Below, in pieces: positions 1 to 10,652 of a stretch of 64,000 nucleotides of DNA. The DNA comes from an uncultured virus (IMG/VR IMGVR_UViG_3300033149_003138) (Duplodnaviria > Heunggongvirae > Uroviricota > Caudoviricetes): IMG/VR virus record IMGVR_UViG_3300033149_003138. One strand, given 5' to 3'. The notes below the pieces were generated by a model. The model had not been told where the DNA came from. It worked only from the letters and a program-made list of their open reading frames with translations, and made no database searches. The translations under genes and the position numbers were made by a program. The number at the start of each line of letters is the position of its first letter. Within the stretch, counting starts at the first letter, position 1.

Positions 1-2815
1 CATCACGGGTTCCTATCAGCAGGTTGCTAACATCAGCCTCTCTGGTCAGCTTGACTGGGCTAACAGCACCCAGACTCTACCTACTAACAGGTCTTCGATA
101 AACTACAGGTTCACGACCTACAACACGGATGGTAACAGTACCACAGCATCAGACACAATCACTCTTACAGAGCATCCACCAACTAATGACGCTGTAGGAC
201 ATAACCAGACATACGTGAACTATTTAACGAATTTCTACAGCCAATGGAGTCAGGGTGATGGGAGAACCATCGATAAGGCAAAGTTCCAGTGGAATGTCTC
301 AGGTTCATATGCTGATGTTGAAACGAAGGCTCTTAGCGGAGACTGGGCTAACTTCACGCAAACTGTACCCTTTAATGTTGCTGGTTCGACTCTTGGCTAT
401 AAGGTCATATGTAACAATACATGGGGAGAAGAGACAACGGCTACAGGTAGCTTCTTTGTCGTTGACCCGTCTCCTGTGAATAATATAGTGGGTCACAATC
501 AAACAGTTGCAAATCAGAATACGTTATTCTATAGTGAATGGTCAGTTGGGGGTGGAGGAACCCTTGATGAAGTCACGTTTTTCTGGGATACAGACGAAGA
601 TTTGGTCTTTGAGAACGAGACCGTATCTCTATCTGATGGATGGGCTAACGTCACAAAGTTTATCGAGGTATCTTGGCAAGGGAGATACATCACCTACTAT
701 TTCATAGCTAACAACACGTATGGAAATGAAACAACAACTGGGCTTCAAGGCTTCACCGTCGCTGGTTTAGCACCCATTTATTCCTCCGTATCATCTACAG
801 AGGGGCTTGGAAACATAGAGAATGACTTTACCTGTTACTGGGACAAAAGAGCAGGTCAATCAGATATTGCTCAGGTAATCTTCTCGTGGAACGCCACAGG
901 CTCCTTCGTAAACGAGACAATCACCATCACAGGCACACCAACATGGGCTAACGTCACAAAGACAAACCCCAAGCTGTATCAGAGAGATGTCTACTACATA
1001 TGGTATGCACAGAATCTTGACGGATATTGGAATAACACTGGTTTCAATAGCTGGACTATCCCTAGACCTGTACCTGATGAAGATGAGTATGCTTGGGAGT
1101 ATATAGACTTCTATAAGACAATAGCTAGACCGAAAAACGATCCATTCGGGTACTGGACAGAAGATTTCACTCTAAACTGGAACACCTCATCTGAACCATT
1201 ATCCCTTTCACGAGTAGTAAACGGCTATGGGTGGATGAGATCAGATTTAGCTGATGTAAGTTTTTGGAGTTATAATGGAACGAAACTTAATCACTGGATA
1301 AAAGGAAACAAGGCTTATGTGGCTATTCCTTATTGGGTGACGAACACGACCTCCCCAAACGGTATGTATTGCAGATGGGCTGATGAGTCGGATACAACGG
1401 TAGAAAATACTACTGCGGATGCTCGAAAGGTCTTCAGGATTTATGATCCTTTTGATTCCTTGAACACAACTATGTGGGAGATAAGCGGATCAGCATCAGT
1501 GACAGACGGTGTTTTGACGCTTGATGCGTCTGGTGGGAGTGACGCTTATATACGGAGTGTGGATGACAGCTTCAACTTCACGGTTTCCAATGACAACCCA
1601 GACATTGAGATGCAGATGAGAGTATCATGCAATCAGAATAGGAAATGTAGATTTGGTTGGTACTATAATGATAGCTGGATGGTTTATATCCGTAGAGGCG
1701 ATTCCAATGTAAACGACGAATGTGTTGCCATTGAAGACGGGGACTTAATCCTCTTCGCTGACGGGTCTGGTTCCTACAATTGGAATGACCTTAGTGGTAT
1801 ATTGCTTGAAGCTAACGTCAACTATTATAGCAGAGAAGCTGATCATTGGTTATTCTGGGGTCATGGTGGTTCAACGTCATACGGAGACATAAACCTCCCC
1901 TATTCTACACAGGTTGAGATTATTGCGAACCCCACCTCAACAGTGACTATTGACTGGATCAGAGTTTGGAACAGGCACGCCAAACCAGCTTATGAGGGAG
2001 GATTCGCAGATTTCCCTGTTGAAAGCCATACGTGGGTGATAGAAACTACCCCGTCATTCAGCGAAAACAACAATCCGACAACTACATCAGCTAGTTTCAC
2101 AAATCTGAACGATGATAGATACATCTTTGCTGGTCTTGAGAAAGACTACGATCTTGAACTAACTGGAAACGATATTGACGGTGCATCCGATCTATCTCTC
2201 CATGAGTTTGCACTTGAACTAGATGGAGATAAATGGATAAACGGCACTTATTACACATCATCCTCTACATGCACCTTAGACGCTGGTTCTGAGTATGGTC
2301 TTGTGATGGATTCCAGCCACTCCAGTCTAATGTTCAAACAAACCGTCACCATAAGCATAAGATTCGCATCCTCCACACCGTTAACCCCCTTCCTTGACTG
2401 TTGGTATCAGACAACGGATAGTTCATCAGACGTGTCAGGCTGGACAGAGTACACGGACTTAGCTCAGATAATTCTATACGAGGAAGACTCAGATGGAGGC
2501 GGGGGATCGCCTATCACTGGAGGTACAGATGATGAAGTTGAGAACGGTGATGAGGATGGGGAGACCTCTACAACAGACATTGATCAGGAGTACCTGATCG
2601 AGATAAAGAATCCGTTGACAGGTGAAGCAATCAACTTGATTCCAATCCCGTGGAAGTGGACTAGGGCACAGAAACTAGCGGTACTCTGGATACTGTTAAT
2701 CCTCATTCTTCTGCTTATGGGTGCAGTCTATAAACAGTTGAAGAATAGACAGAAGGAGAAAAGAAAAAATGCGAAATCCGTCAACGTCAATCCTCTTATT
2801 AAGATTAAGTATTAG
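1..2815 (+). CDS. Large membrane-anchored surface/virion glycoprotein-like protein (5'-truncated), with tandem beta-rich repeats and a DUF2341-like region
   Basis: Frame is open from position 2 (ITGSYQQVANISLSGQLDWANST...) into the 215 ORF. Four ~95-100-aa repeats are marked by WANxT. Many NxS/T sequons. The segment 'DLADVSFWSYNGTKLNHWI' resembles DUF2341. Acidic linker, then a C-terminal TM helix and basic tail. Confidence 0.7.
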   Translation, partial: ITGSYQQVANISLSGQLDWANSTQTLPTNRSSINYRFTTYNTDGNSTTASDTITLTEHPPTNDAVGHNQTYVNYLTNFYSQWSQGDGRTIDKAKFQWNVSGSYADVETKALSGDWANFTQTVPFNVAGSTLGYKVICNNTWGEETTATGSFFVVDPSPVNNIVGHNQTVANQNTLFYSEWSVGGGGTLDEVTFFWDTDEDLVFENETVSLSDGWANVTKFIEVSWQGRYITYYFIANNTYGNETTTGLQGFTVAGLAPIYSSVSSTEGLGNIENDFTCYWDKRAGQSDIAQVIFSWNATGSFVNETITITGTPTWANVTKTNPKLYQRDVYYIWYAQNLDGYWNNTGFNSWTIPRPVPDEDEYAWEYIDFYKTIARPKNDPFGYWTEDFTLNWNTSSEPLSLSRVVNGYGWMRSDLADVSFWSYNGTKLNHWIKGNKAYVAIPYWVTNTTSPNGMYCRWADESDTTVENTTADARKVFRIYDPFDSLNTTMWEISGSASVTDGVLTLDASGGSDAYIRSVDDSFNFTVSNDNPDIEMQMRVSCNQNRKCRFGWYYNDSWMVYIRRGDSNVNDECVAIEDGDLILFADGSGSYNWNDLSGILLEANVNYYSREADHWLFWGHGGSTSYGDINLPYSTQVEIIANPTSTVTIDWIRVWNRHAKPAYEGGFADFPVESHTWVIETTPSFSENNNPTTTSASFTNLNDDRYIFAGLEKDYDLELTGNDIDGASDLSLHEFALELDGDKWINGTYYTSSSTCTLDAGSEYGLVMDSSHSSLMFKQTVTISIRFASSTPLTPFLDCWYQTTDSSSDVSGWTEYTDLAQIILYEEDSDGGGGSPITGGTDDEVENGDEDGETSTTDIDQEYLIEIKNPLTGEAINLIPIPWKWTRAQKLAVLWILLILILLLMGAVYKQLKNRQKEKRKNAKSVNVNPLIKIKY

Positions 2816-3452
2816 CCTTCTGCTGGTGTCCCCCGTAGCCGTCTATGGGGGTAGCATACCAGACATAACAAACTTGAAGTCTGACCTGCTTATGGATGGG
2901 GTTCTTCCTGAAGGTGAACCCATACCTTTTACCGCTTATTTCCGTGACTCTGATGGAGGCGTTCAGGTTCAGAACGTCTTCGTGAACATAAGTTTCTCAG
3001 GCAAGCAACTGATACGGCTACAGTATTACTACGATGATTGGACTGTTCTTGAGGGAAACAAGTATTGTTACATTCACCATGCAGGGTCAAGGGTTGATGG
3101 AGATGTCAAGATTCTTAACTTTACCGTGGTCTTCAGACAGCTTCCCTTCATCCAGCCCCCAAATCCTCCACAGAAATACGTTGAGTTGGAGTTGGCTTTG
3201 AAGGCTCTGGATTCCACTGGTCTCGAAACGCAGTGGTGCTATTATCTCAGAGAAGTACAGCTAACTAGGGTTATCGAATCAGAACCCACAGACTCAGAGA
3301 TAAGACAGGACTACAACGATGTTGGTTACGTGCTTCTTTTTCTTCTCATTCCAGCCATTGCAGTCATCGTTATCCTGTATGGGATGAGCAGAAAAAGGAA
3401 AAGAACCTACGACCTGATTCCTACACCAGACCCATACACTTTTAACCCTTAA
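2769..3452 (+). CDS. Membrane-anchored exported protein
   Basis: N-terminal hydrophobic signal, beta-rich middle, C-terminal TM followed by RKRKR. Confidence 0.65.
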   Translation: MRNPSTSILLLRLSISLLLVSPVAVYGGSIPDITNLKSDLLMDGVLPEGEPIPFTAYFRDSDGGVQVQNVFVNISFSGKQLIRLQYYYDDWTVLEGNKYCYIHHAGSRVDGDVKILNFTVVFRQLPFIQPPNPPQKYVELELALKALDSTGLETQWCYYLREVQLTRVIESEPTDSEIRQDYNDVGYVLLFLLIPAIAVIVILYGMSRKRKRTYDLIPTPDPYTFNP

Positions 3453-3458
3453 AAGCAA

Positions 3459-3482
3459 AAATAGTTTTAATGGCTTCATCTC
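3459..3482 (+). promoter_or_regulatory. Degenerate class A promoter motif
   Basis: AAATAGTTTTAATGGCTTCATCTC resembles TTATAGTTTTGGTGCCTTCATCTC. Confidence 0.45.
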
Positions 3483-3703
3483 GTATCGATTACTCGGAAT
3501 ATACGATGATGATGATCGTCTACGTAATTCTCTATGCTGGAGTAATGTATGTGGTCTACCTGATGTTTGGTCAACGGGTAAGCATGGAGGAAACCGTGGC
3601 AATGGCAATAAGCATAGTCGTGACATCCGTCATATTCACCATGTTAATTATCAACCTATACCGAGCAAAAGTCATCAAAACAAATCCAGCAATTCTAAGC
3701 TGA
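3470..3703 (+). CDS. Small two-TM membrane protein (true start probably downstream, ~3506)
   Basis: Two hydrophobic segments. The annotated ATG lies inside the promoter motif. Confidence 0.55.
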   Translation: MASSRIDYSEYTMMMIVYVILYAGVMYVVYLMFGQRVSMEETVAMAISIVVTSVIFTMLIINLYRAKVIKTNPAILS

Positions 3704-3715
3704 CAATTCACGCTT

Positions 3716-3741
3716 GTTATTTAATACCACAATCGCTATAA
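3716..3741 (+). promoter_or_regulatory. Class C promoter (13-bp operator variant + ACAATCGCTATAA)
   Basis: GTTATTTAATACCACAATCGCTATAA, recurring at 9971 and 21000; ATG at 3769. Confidence 0.65.
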
Positions 3742-3768
3742 ACTGGTACGTCGTAACCATTATCATCG

Positions 3769-3966
3769 ATGTCTCAGCACAAGGTAAGGTTTGTTAAATT
3801 CAAAAAAAGAGATGATGAAGATGACTGGTTCAAAGTCTTCGTCACGATGCCTGAGAAAAACTTGAATGACCACTACTTTACCATAGTGCCCCAGCAATAC
3901 GTTGACGCTATAAACGAGATTTTCACGCTTCTGGATTTTGAGATCACCATAGAAGAAGAGACATAA
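3769..3966 (+). CDS. Hypothetical protein
   Basis: 65-aa ORF just downstream of the class C promoter. Confidence 0.55.
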   Translation: MSQHKVRFVKFKKRDDEDDWFKVFVTMPEKNLNDHYFTIVPQQYVDAINEIFTLLDFEITIEEET

Positions 3967-4031
3967 CTGGTATCTAATACCATAAACCTTTTATATGATA
4001 CACAGTGTATCAATTTCTGAGTAAGTATGGC
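3967..4031 (+). promoter_or_regulatory. Class B promoter: GGTATCTAATACC, TTTTATA box, TGATACACAGTGTATCA, GAGTAAGT-ATG
   Basis: Near-identical ~63-bp block at 14531 and 23007, each ending in ATGGC. Confidence 0.8.
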
Positions 4032-4377
4032 TGAAAGAGACTTACGAGAGCAGAGGAAGAACACCTCAAGAGTTTTCCCTATGCGCATGCGTAGATTCGT
4101 GAACGAAGATGAATTACCTCATTGGGTGAGACAGCTTCGCAGGATAGCTAAAGACGGGATTCTGGAAAAAGAGAACCGAATGCAGTATTTCTGGGAACAC
4201 ACACGATCTGAAGATTCCTTCAACGTAATACGTGAAGCACTACAGCTATTCGCAGAGATCGATGAGGTTCTGGTGGAATGGGTGCCCTCTGACGAAGACA
4301 TAGGCTTCTGGAGTCAGGAACCAGACGGACATAGAACCGTGGAACCTTACAATCTGGAAGATATGGGGAAATTCTAA
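4027..4377 (+). CDS. Hypothetical protein
   Basis: First gene after the class B promoter. Confidence 0.65.
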   Translation: MAERDLREQRKNTSRVFPMRMRRFVNEDELPHWVRQLRRIAKDGILEKENRMQYFWEHTRSEDSFNVIREALQLFAEIDEVLVEWVPSDEDIGFWSQEPDGHRTVEPYNLEDMGKF

Positions 4378-4378
4378 A

Positions 4379-4681
4379 ATGGATAAATCTAAGGAAAACG
4401 ATCCTGAACGGTACTTCCAAGACGAAGACTATGAACGCTTTATGGGCAACTCTGAGTTTGAAAAGGCTCTGAGGACTCAGGGAGAAAACAATTGGCAGAG
4501 AAGGCTTGGGCATGACCCGATATTCCACGCAAGGCTGGAACCCTTCTACAGTTGCCCTGAATGCGAATCCACCTGCTTCTACAGGGATGAGGAGGAAGGC
4601 AAAGACGGTCTTGAGATCATATATCACTGTAAAAAATGTGGCTGGGCTATCGACTCGATCTCAGGGAAGGTGTATAGCTGA
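4379..4681 (+). CDS. Zn-ribbon protein
   Basis: CPEC...CKKC. Confidence 0.6.
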   Translation: MDKSKENDPERYFQDEDYERFMGNSEFEKALRTQGENNWQRRLGHDPIFHARLEPFYSCPECESTCFYRDEEEGKDGLEIIYHCKKCGWAIDSISGKVYS

Positions 4682-5368
4682 TGTTTAGTATTAAATGCAA
4701 AAATTATGATTACTTCATCATACCAATAGGTTCAACAATCCCAATTGACGGCAGAATATCAGCAAAAGATGAGGTCGATGCAAGGCGAAAGATAGCAAAC
4801 AGGCATGATTACCCTATAGCGTACATAGGTGTAAAGCTGAGATCAATAACCTTCTATGGGAAACGTAGGGGTAGACACAATTGAAGATAAGGGACAAGGC
4901 AGAGATAATCTTAAAAAACGGGGAGACCGTCAGGCGAAACATTTACGCCATTCAGATAGGCAACACTTCAAGCACACTGTTCAGGTACGGGGGGCAGGTT
5001 TACTTCGTACATCTAGACGATGAAAAAAGATTCAGGCAGGGAAGAAAATCAATACTTCCTTACAACTTAAAATTGGGATGAAAATGGCTGAGATATATTT
5101 TGACTTCAGGATCACCCTTGAGGGAATCGAGACAGAGAAAGAGTTGCTGGACTGGATCAACTCTTCAAAGATTCTCCTAAAGAAGACGGCAAAGGAGATG
5201 GAGGGTAAGTCCACTGACAGGACTCTCAAGACAAGCGTGAAGCTGAGAGGTGCAACCCTATGAGAAACTTGATCGACAAATATCTGAACATCGAGGGCAG
5301 AGCCTTCAGAGGGGAAATCTCAGAGGAGACCCGAGCAAGGATGGAGAAGGTCATCAAAGACCAGCTAG

Positions 5369-6259
5369 GTGAGAGCATTGAGTAGAGGCTGTGGATCAAG
5401 GGTACCTGACGCACTCTACGCATGTATCCCCACTTCTCCCTACGGTAAACCAGCAGAATACTTCATCGTAGACCCAGCAATTCCCTTCAATCTCCCCCCA
5501 GACCACAACATAAGGGCACCCTTCTATTACCCAGACCCCAGTGGAACATACCACCTGCTAATGGGAGTGGGGGTCACATACTATCCTTTTGTCTCTGATT
5601 TCATTGAGGAAGCAAAAGTAATGGGGGTCAGTAAACGGCTACCTCAAAACTTTGACTACAGCAAGCTAGACCCACAATATTCGAACCTGATTCTGATACA
5701 CAAAAGGGCAATACCCAACTTCAGCTACCACATTGAGAGGGAAGATTACTACAACTGCCCAAGGCTGGAGTCAGGCAGGTTCTTCCAAGACGCTGAGAAG
5801 TACCCGAAAGATGATCTTATCGAGGTACTTAGAAACGGCAAAAAATGGGAAATGGCGCGTCACCAGTGTGTAGGAGACCTGTGGGCACTTAGCAGTGCTT
5901 TACACGTAGAGGAGAAACACGAGTTAGAGGACAACGGTGACGGCATGATGCACGTAGAGACCCCTAGTACACACTACCTTGTAGACCCAGCCTTTACCAT
6001 GAGGGGGGGAGACCGTCTGACGTGGGTGAACGACGCAGAGTACCAGACGGGTGTGTTCTTCAGGTTTCCAAGGTTCCACTTCGAGTACGTCAGATCAAAA
6101 CCCAAGGAAGCGGGTGACACTGTGATACTAGAAGGTGAGAGAAAAGTCCTCTCAGCCACAGAAGCAGAGAAGTTCAACGAGGAATACGAGACAGCACTGG
6201 AGAAGATTCAGGAGGTCTACGTTGACAAGGGATTCGGGTTCAAGGTGGTGAAAGAGTGA
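5369..6259 (+). CDS. Hypothetical protein
   Basis: 296-aa ORF coupled to its neighbours; no family recognised. Confidence 0.7.
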   Translation: MRALSRGCGSRVPDALYACIPTSPYGKPAEYFIVDPAIPFNLPPDHNIRAPFYYPDPSGTYHLLMGVGVTYYPFVSDFIEEAKVMGVSKRLPQNFDYSKLDPQYSNLILIHKRAIPNFSYHIEREDYYNCPRLESGRFFQDAEKYPKDDLIEVLRNGKKWEMARHQCVGDLWALSSALHVEEKHELEDNGDGMMHVETPSTHYLVDPAFTMRGGDRLTWVNDAEYQTGVFFRFPRFHFEYVRSKPKEAGDTVILEGERKVLSATEAEKFNEEYETALEKIQEVYVDKGFGFKVVKE

Positions 6260-7035
6260 CAGACAACGAGATAGAAATAGGGACATCAACCACCCTAGAG
6301 ATCGATAAAGAGTACCTAGTCCATATACAGGCAAAGCCACTGGAGTTTGCATACTTCCTGAAGAAACTCCAAGACAACCTGAAAGACGAACAGGGAGAAC
6401 CACTATCCCAGAGAGACCTAGCCAAATACCTGAGAGACATCGGTTACAGCATTGCTCAACCAGACATACACAGACACCTTAGCCTCTTCAACCTAGAGCC
6501 AAAATACTTGCAGATGTTCAAAGAGGGAAACATGGGGTTCATCACAGCCTACAAGATGTCACGCCTCTCACCCGATCTCAGGCAGGTGGTCTTCGAGTGC
6601 GCCTTACGTGAATGGGCAGACAACACCAAGGACATAGAGAACGAGGCAGATAAGCCCCCACTCAAAATCTACCAGAGGCACGTAGACACCATCAAACGCA
6701 AGCACTTGGCAAGCGACAACATCTTCCAAATCCTGATGAAGCAAGACGACTTCGAGGAACCATACGAGACCGTAACTGAAGAAGTCGAGGAAGAAACAAA
6801 ACTGATCGCTGAAGAAGTTATCAGCGAACACGATGTAGACAGCAACATCATGGAGACCGATGAACTGACCAACATAGTCAGTATGCTCAAGATCAGGGCA
6901 TCCGATGAAAAGAGAATCAAACCCACAGACCTACAGATGTACGCCACACAGTCCAAACACGTTCAAAAAGCCATAGAATTGATCTCCACCTATGTCAAAC
7001 AGGCTCTCGAAAAAGAAGGCTACAAGGTGCATTAA
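6256..7035 (+). CDS. ParB/Spo0J-type HTH domain protein lacking an obvious ParB N-terminal domain
   Basis: LSQRDLAKYL...IHRHLSLFNLEPKYLQMFKEGNMGFITAYKMSRL matches the Spo0J HTH and following-helix pattern. Confidence 0.55.
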   Translation: MTDNEIEIGTSTTLEIDKEYLVHIQAKPLEFAYFLKKLQDNLKDEQGEPLSQRDLAKYLRDIGYSIAQPDIHRHLSLFNLEPKYLQMFKEGNMGFITAYKMSRLSPDLRQVVFECALREWADNTKDIENEADKPPLKIYQRHVDTIKRKHLASDNIFQILMKQDDFEEPYETVTEEVEEETKLIAEEVISEHDVDSNIMETDELTNIVSMLKIRASDEKRIKPTDLQMYATQSKHVQKAIELISTYVKQALEKEGYKVH

Positions 7036-7775
7036 CATGATGAAGGCAAAACTTGTGGGCTATGACAAGGCTGACAAGGCGTACATAATCCAGATAAAGA
7101 CAAGCCTGCTCTCCCAGATATTCACCGTCGTAGCCCAAACAATATACTTTAGAAAAGACCGCAGAGAAAATGCAAAGACCCTGATCTGTGAAGAAATGCA
7201 CTCTTCATATTACTTTGAGGAACTAAAAAACAAACCCATCATGGTGGATAAACTAGAGATCGGGGAGTTTGGGGAAGAAGTTTACTTGGTCATAACTGAG
7301 GAAGAAGAATGATCCACGGAATAGAGTTGGTAGCAGATAACTATGACCAGATCAGAGAATACGTGGATAAAGCCAAAGATAAACACGATTCTGAAAATGA
7401 AGAAGGAGAGGCATCATAAAACGAGTCTATTTTTTAAGTGGGTGAAAGAAGGTCTTAAAACATGGAGTATATATCTAATGGATTTTTTTAGGTTTCTGCC
7501 TGTTTGTTTGAAATATAGGGTCTTTTTCCCTTTTGGTTTCATGGTGACATCTTGTTTCATAACAACTAATTTCGGATGGTATCTCTGCGTCTTTCATAAT
7601 AGTATTCAGGGAAATATCTTCATTCTAATTTCCTTCATAGTAATATTGTTTTACATGGAATACCTTCGTCAATTAAGGCTTCACATGATAAAGTGGCTAG
7701 GTGAACCAAGATTTATCCTGCTAAGAGAAAATATTCTGAGAAGCTACAAAATAATGTCAGAGGAATGGTATTAAC

Positions 7776-8429
7776 ATGGTTGTTGTTAGCAGGGAGGAAT
7801 ACGGGCTTTATCACCCAGAGGCAGTGAAACGGGGCTGGAATAAGAGAAAGGGGTGGTATTTGGTAGTCAAATACACGAGTACAGATGACTTCTTTTACGT
7901 TGATTTACCTGATTACATCCAGTCCGTCGTAGGCAAACGCATGGTTAGATCGGATACGAGAAAAGGGGCAATAGAGGCATTCAAAAAAGCAGTAAGAGAA
8001 TACGAGATAAGGGTTCTATCCAAGAGAAAAATAATCCTCTACTTATTTAGGGCAAATGTGAAAGGAGAAGTGAATGGGGAACCCTACGAGAAATACACTT
8101 TATCTCTTTATCATCAACAAAGAGAATTATCCTCTGCACTGAATCTTTGGTGGACTGTATGTTACGAGACAGGTCTTCCCGAACACACCAATGCAAAAGA
8201 AAATACATTATACTATAATCTCGATGGGAGCAAACTAGACTTACCCTACACAAGTAGAGAAGATCGTATAGCTATAGACTGGACAGAGGATCGTGAAGCC
8301 TTCTTCAGATCATTTAGTCAACAGCTAGCTGAGTTGGTCTACAAGGCTGATGGCTTTCTGAATAAGACAGATGATCTTCTGAAGCTGATCGATAGCGGAA
8401 ACTTGCTACCTTGGTTCAAGGAGGAATAA
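7776..8429 (+). CDS. Hypothetical protein
   Basis: 217-aa ORF in an operon-like run. Confidence 0.65.
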   Translation: MVVVSREEYGLYHPEAVKRGWNKRKGWYLVVKYTSTDDFFYVDLPDYIQSVVGKRMVRSDTRKGAIEAFKKAVREYEIRVLSKRKIILYLFRANVKGEVNGEPYEKYTLSLYHQQRELSSALNLWWTVCYETGLPEHTNAKENTLYYNLDGSKLDLPYTSREDRIAIDWTEDREAFFRSFSQQLAELVYKADGFLNKTDDLLKLIDSGNLLPWFKEE

Positions 8430-8846
8430 AGGTGTCAAGTAAAAATCCGAGAATCATGGAGACAATAATCGATGGGGAGACCTATAATTTAGGAAAACTT
8501 GATGCTAGGGTCAGATTGCCTATGGCTATTATTAAGGTAATAGAGAAGACTGGAGCAAATTATATGGCATATAGAATCATTAGCCATGAAGATAAACTTC
8601 CCATCATTATTGCATGTTATCCAATCTTGCGTGAAGATAATGTGATCAGGGAGATGCCTAAATGACTAGGTATTTCATCCGAGTCCAGCTTGTGCAGGAA
8701 CATGAAGCGAAAGGAGAGAAGGCTTTGAGAAGTTTTGATGTCCCTATACCTAAAGGAGTTCGTGGAGTCTATACGTCTGGTGGATACTTGGAGGCAGTGA
8801 CTTGGTACGAGAACCTTGAGCAGGTGATGACGGGGGGAAGTCGATT

Positions 8847-9224
8847 ATGAAACTGATGGAGATCAGGTTTCTTAAAAAGGGAAAACCAGTTAGAGTCCTC
8901 TGGGGCTTTGCAGACTTCCTGAGAAACCTTGATGACGGCTGGGAACCTCATCACTGGTACGCAAACTGGAAGGTCTTGCAGACGCAGGGAGATATGAAAA
9001 TGTATTTGACTCTAGCATCAAACTCAAGAAGTGGGTCACAGTCACCCATCCTTGTTGCAGATATAACTGTTAGGGACAACCCACCTAATCAGGCTGGAAG
9101 AGAGTATGACTTCGATAAAATGGATGGTGCAAAAGAGTGGGCAATGAAAAACGTAGTGCCCAAAGTGAAGGAGTTATTGAGGAAGTCAGGTATAGAGTAC
9201 GAAACCTTGATGGAGATTGAGTGA
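8847..9224 (+). CDS. Hypothetical protein
   Basis: 125-aa ORF with ATGA overlap. Confidence 0.6.
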   Translation: MKLMEIRFLKKGKPVRVLWGFADFLRNLDDGWEPHHWYANWKVLQTQGDMKMYLTLASNSRSGSQSPILVADITVRDNPPNQAGREYDFDKMDGAKEWAMKNVVPKVKELLRKSGIEYETLMEIE

Positions 9225-9423
9225 AGATGAACGTAACGATCTATATAGCTGTTCATCCATAGGGATACAGACCGTACTTCGATATGGCACATACATGGGA
9301 GAGACAGATAGGCAGATACCCACGGATCGGGGCTAAGAAAGAATTATGGTACGGCTGGTGGTTAGCTACATGGAACCCAGAAACCAAAACATTCGACGTT
9401 GAGGTTCAGGAGAAAGGTAGAGC

Positions 9424-9972
9424 ATGAAACCCCTGAATGAAGTAACCTCTCTCTCAGAATTATGGAAACATCCTGAGTGGAAGAGACGTAGTAAGGAATT
9501 TCTGAAAGACAAGTCCTGTGTGTGGTGTGGCAAAAAGACTGGAGACACTTACATAGACCAGAATGGCAAGAAACGAAAGGTAGGGCTATCACCACACCAC
9601 GTTGAAAAACATAAGTGGGGGCTTCCTCTCTATAAACAGATCAATACCCAGATGTTTAATAAGTGGTGGAAGAAACACGAAGAGGATCATGACTACGATC
9701 TACCTCTTGGTCTCTCTAAATCTGAGATAAAAAAGCAGGTCAAGTTTTTCTGGTCTCAGGATAACCGAGATAAAATCAAGTCTAGGTTTGAGGCGCGGAA
9801 AAGGGAGATTATTGATGACTATATCAACTTAGTTGAAGGCAAGGTAATTCCCTTTTGTGGTAGATGTCATTATGCTAGAAAGAAGGGGCTTGTAATCTGT
9901 CCCATGTGTAAGGAAAACTACTGTAAGCCACGAAACAAGTATTGTCGAGAATGTAAAGACAAGATGAAGTGA
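9424..9972 (+). CDS. HNH-like endonuclease / Zn-binding protein
   Basis: W..R...KSCVWCG...PHH...FCGRCH, plus C-terminal CPMC/CREC. Confidence 0.55.
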   Translation: MKPLNEVTSLSELWKHPEWKRRSKEFLKDKSCVWCGKKTGDTYIDQNGKKRKVGLSPHHVEKHKWGLPLYKQINTQMFNKWWKKHEEDHDYDLPLGLSKSEIKKQVKFFWSQDNRDKIKSRFEARKREIIDDYINLVEGKVIPFCGRCHYARKKGLVICPMCKENYCKPRNKYCRECKDKMK

Positions 9973-9996
9973 TATTTAATACCACAATCGCTATAA
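9971..9996 (+). promoter_or_regulatory. Class C promoter
   Basis: GATATTTAATACCACAATCGCTATAA; implies an in-frame TTG start at 10026. Confidence 0.65.
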
Positions 9997-10025
9997 ACTT
10001 CAAACCTGTTTTATCTCTGATCGTC

Positions 10026-10652
10026 TTGGATGAGCCTACAATAACTCGCGAAGAGGCAGACCGACTCATTGAAGAAGCCAAGGAAGACTATCAACGGGAT
10101 TATCTTGAGGAAGGTAAGCGATTCAAGTTGATCACAGAACACTATTCCCAGTTTGCACTTGCTAAAATGCTGGGCATCAGTAGAAGTTACATACGTCAAC
10201 GCCTTGAAATCTATGACAACTTAATACCTGAAGCAAAGGAAGCCCTCGAAAAGGAAAAGATCAAGTTCACACAGGCTCTCCTGTTAAGCAGGTGTCATGA
10301 CGAAGAAGCACAAAGAACACAACTCAAACAACTTCTAGCAGACAGGGAAAAGACTCTTGAAGAACAGATGAAACGAGAAGGAAAACTATTCAGAAAATTC
10401 AAAGGCTCTGCTTATGACTCCCTTCTACATGAATACGTAGTAACAACAAACGACAAAGAGTTTTCTGATGACTCCATTATGCTCGTACTCTGTGAGGATA
10501 AAACGGTTAAAACCCTTATTCAAGGACTCAGAAACAGGATCGCCCAAAAAGATTTTCCTGTAAAAGCAACTACTGTGAATAATCAGGTATATTTAGAAAG
10601 AACTGATAAAAAGAAAAAAGCAGACTCAGAGGTAGAAAAAGATGAGCAATAA
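10026..10652 (+). CDS. ParB/Spo0J-type HTH DNA-binding protein
   Basis: YSQFALAKMLGISRSYIRQRLEIYDNLIPEAKEALEKEKIKFTQALLLSR. Start moved from 9969 because that codon lies in the promoter motif. Confidence 0.65.
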   Translation: MDEPTITREEADRLIEEAKEDYQRDYLEEGKRFKLITEHYSQFALAKMLGISRSYIRQRLEIYDNLIPEAKEALEKEKIKFTQALLLSRCHDEEAQRTQLKQLLADREKTLEEQMKREGKLFRKFKGSAYDSLLHEYVVTTNDKEFSDDSIMLVLCEDKTVKTLIQGLRNRIAQKDFPVKATTVNNQVYLERTDKKKKADSEVEKDEQ

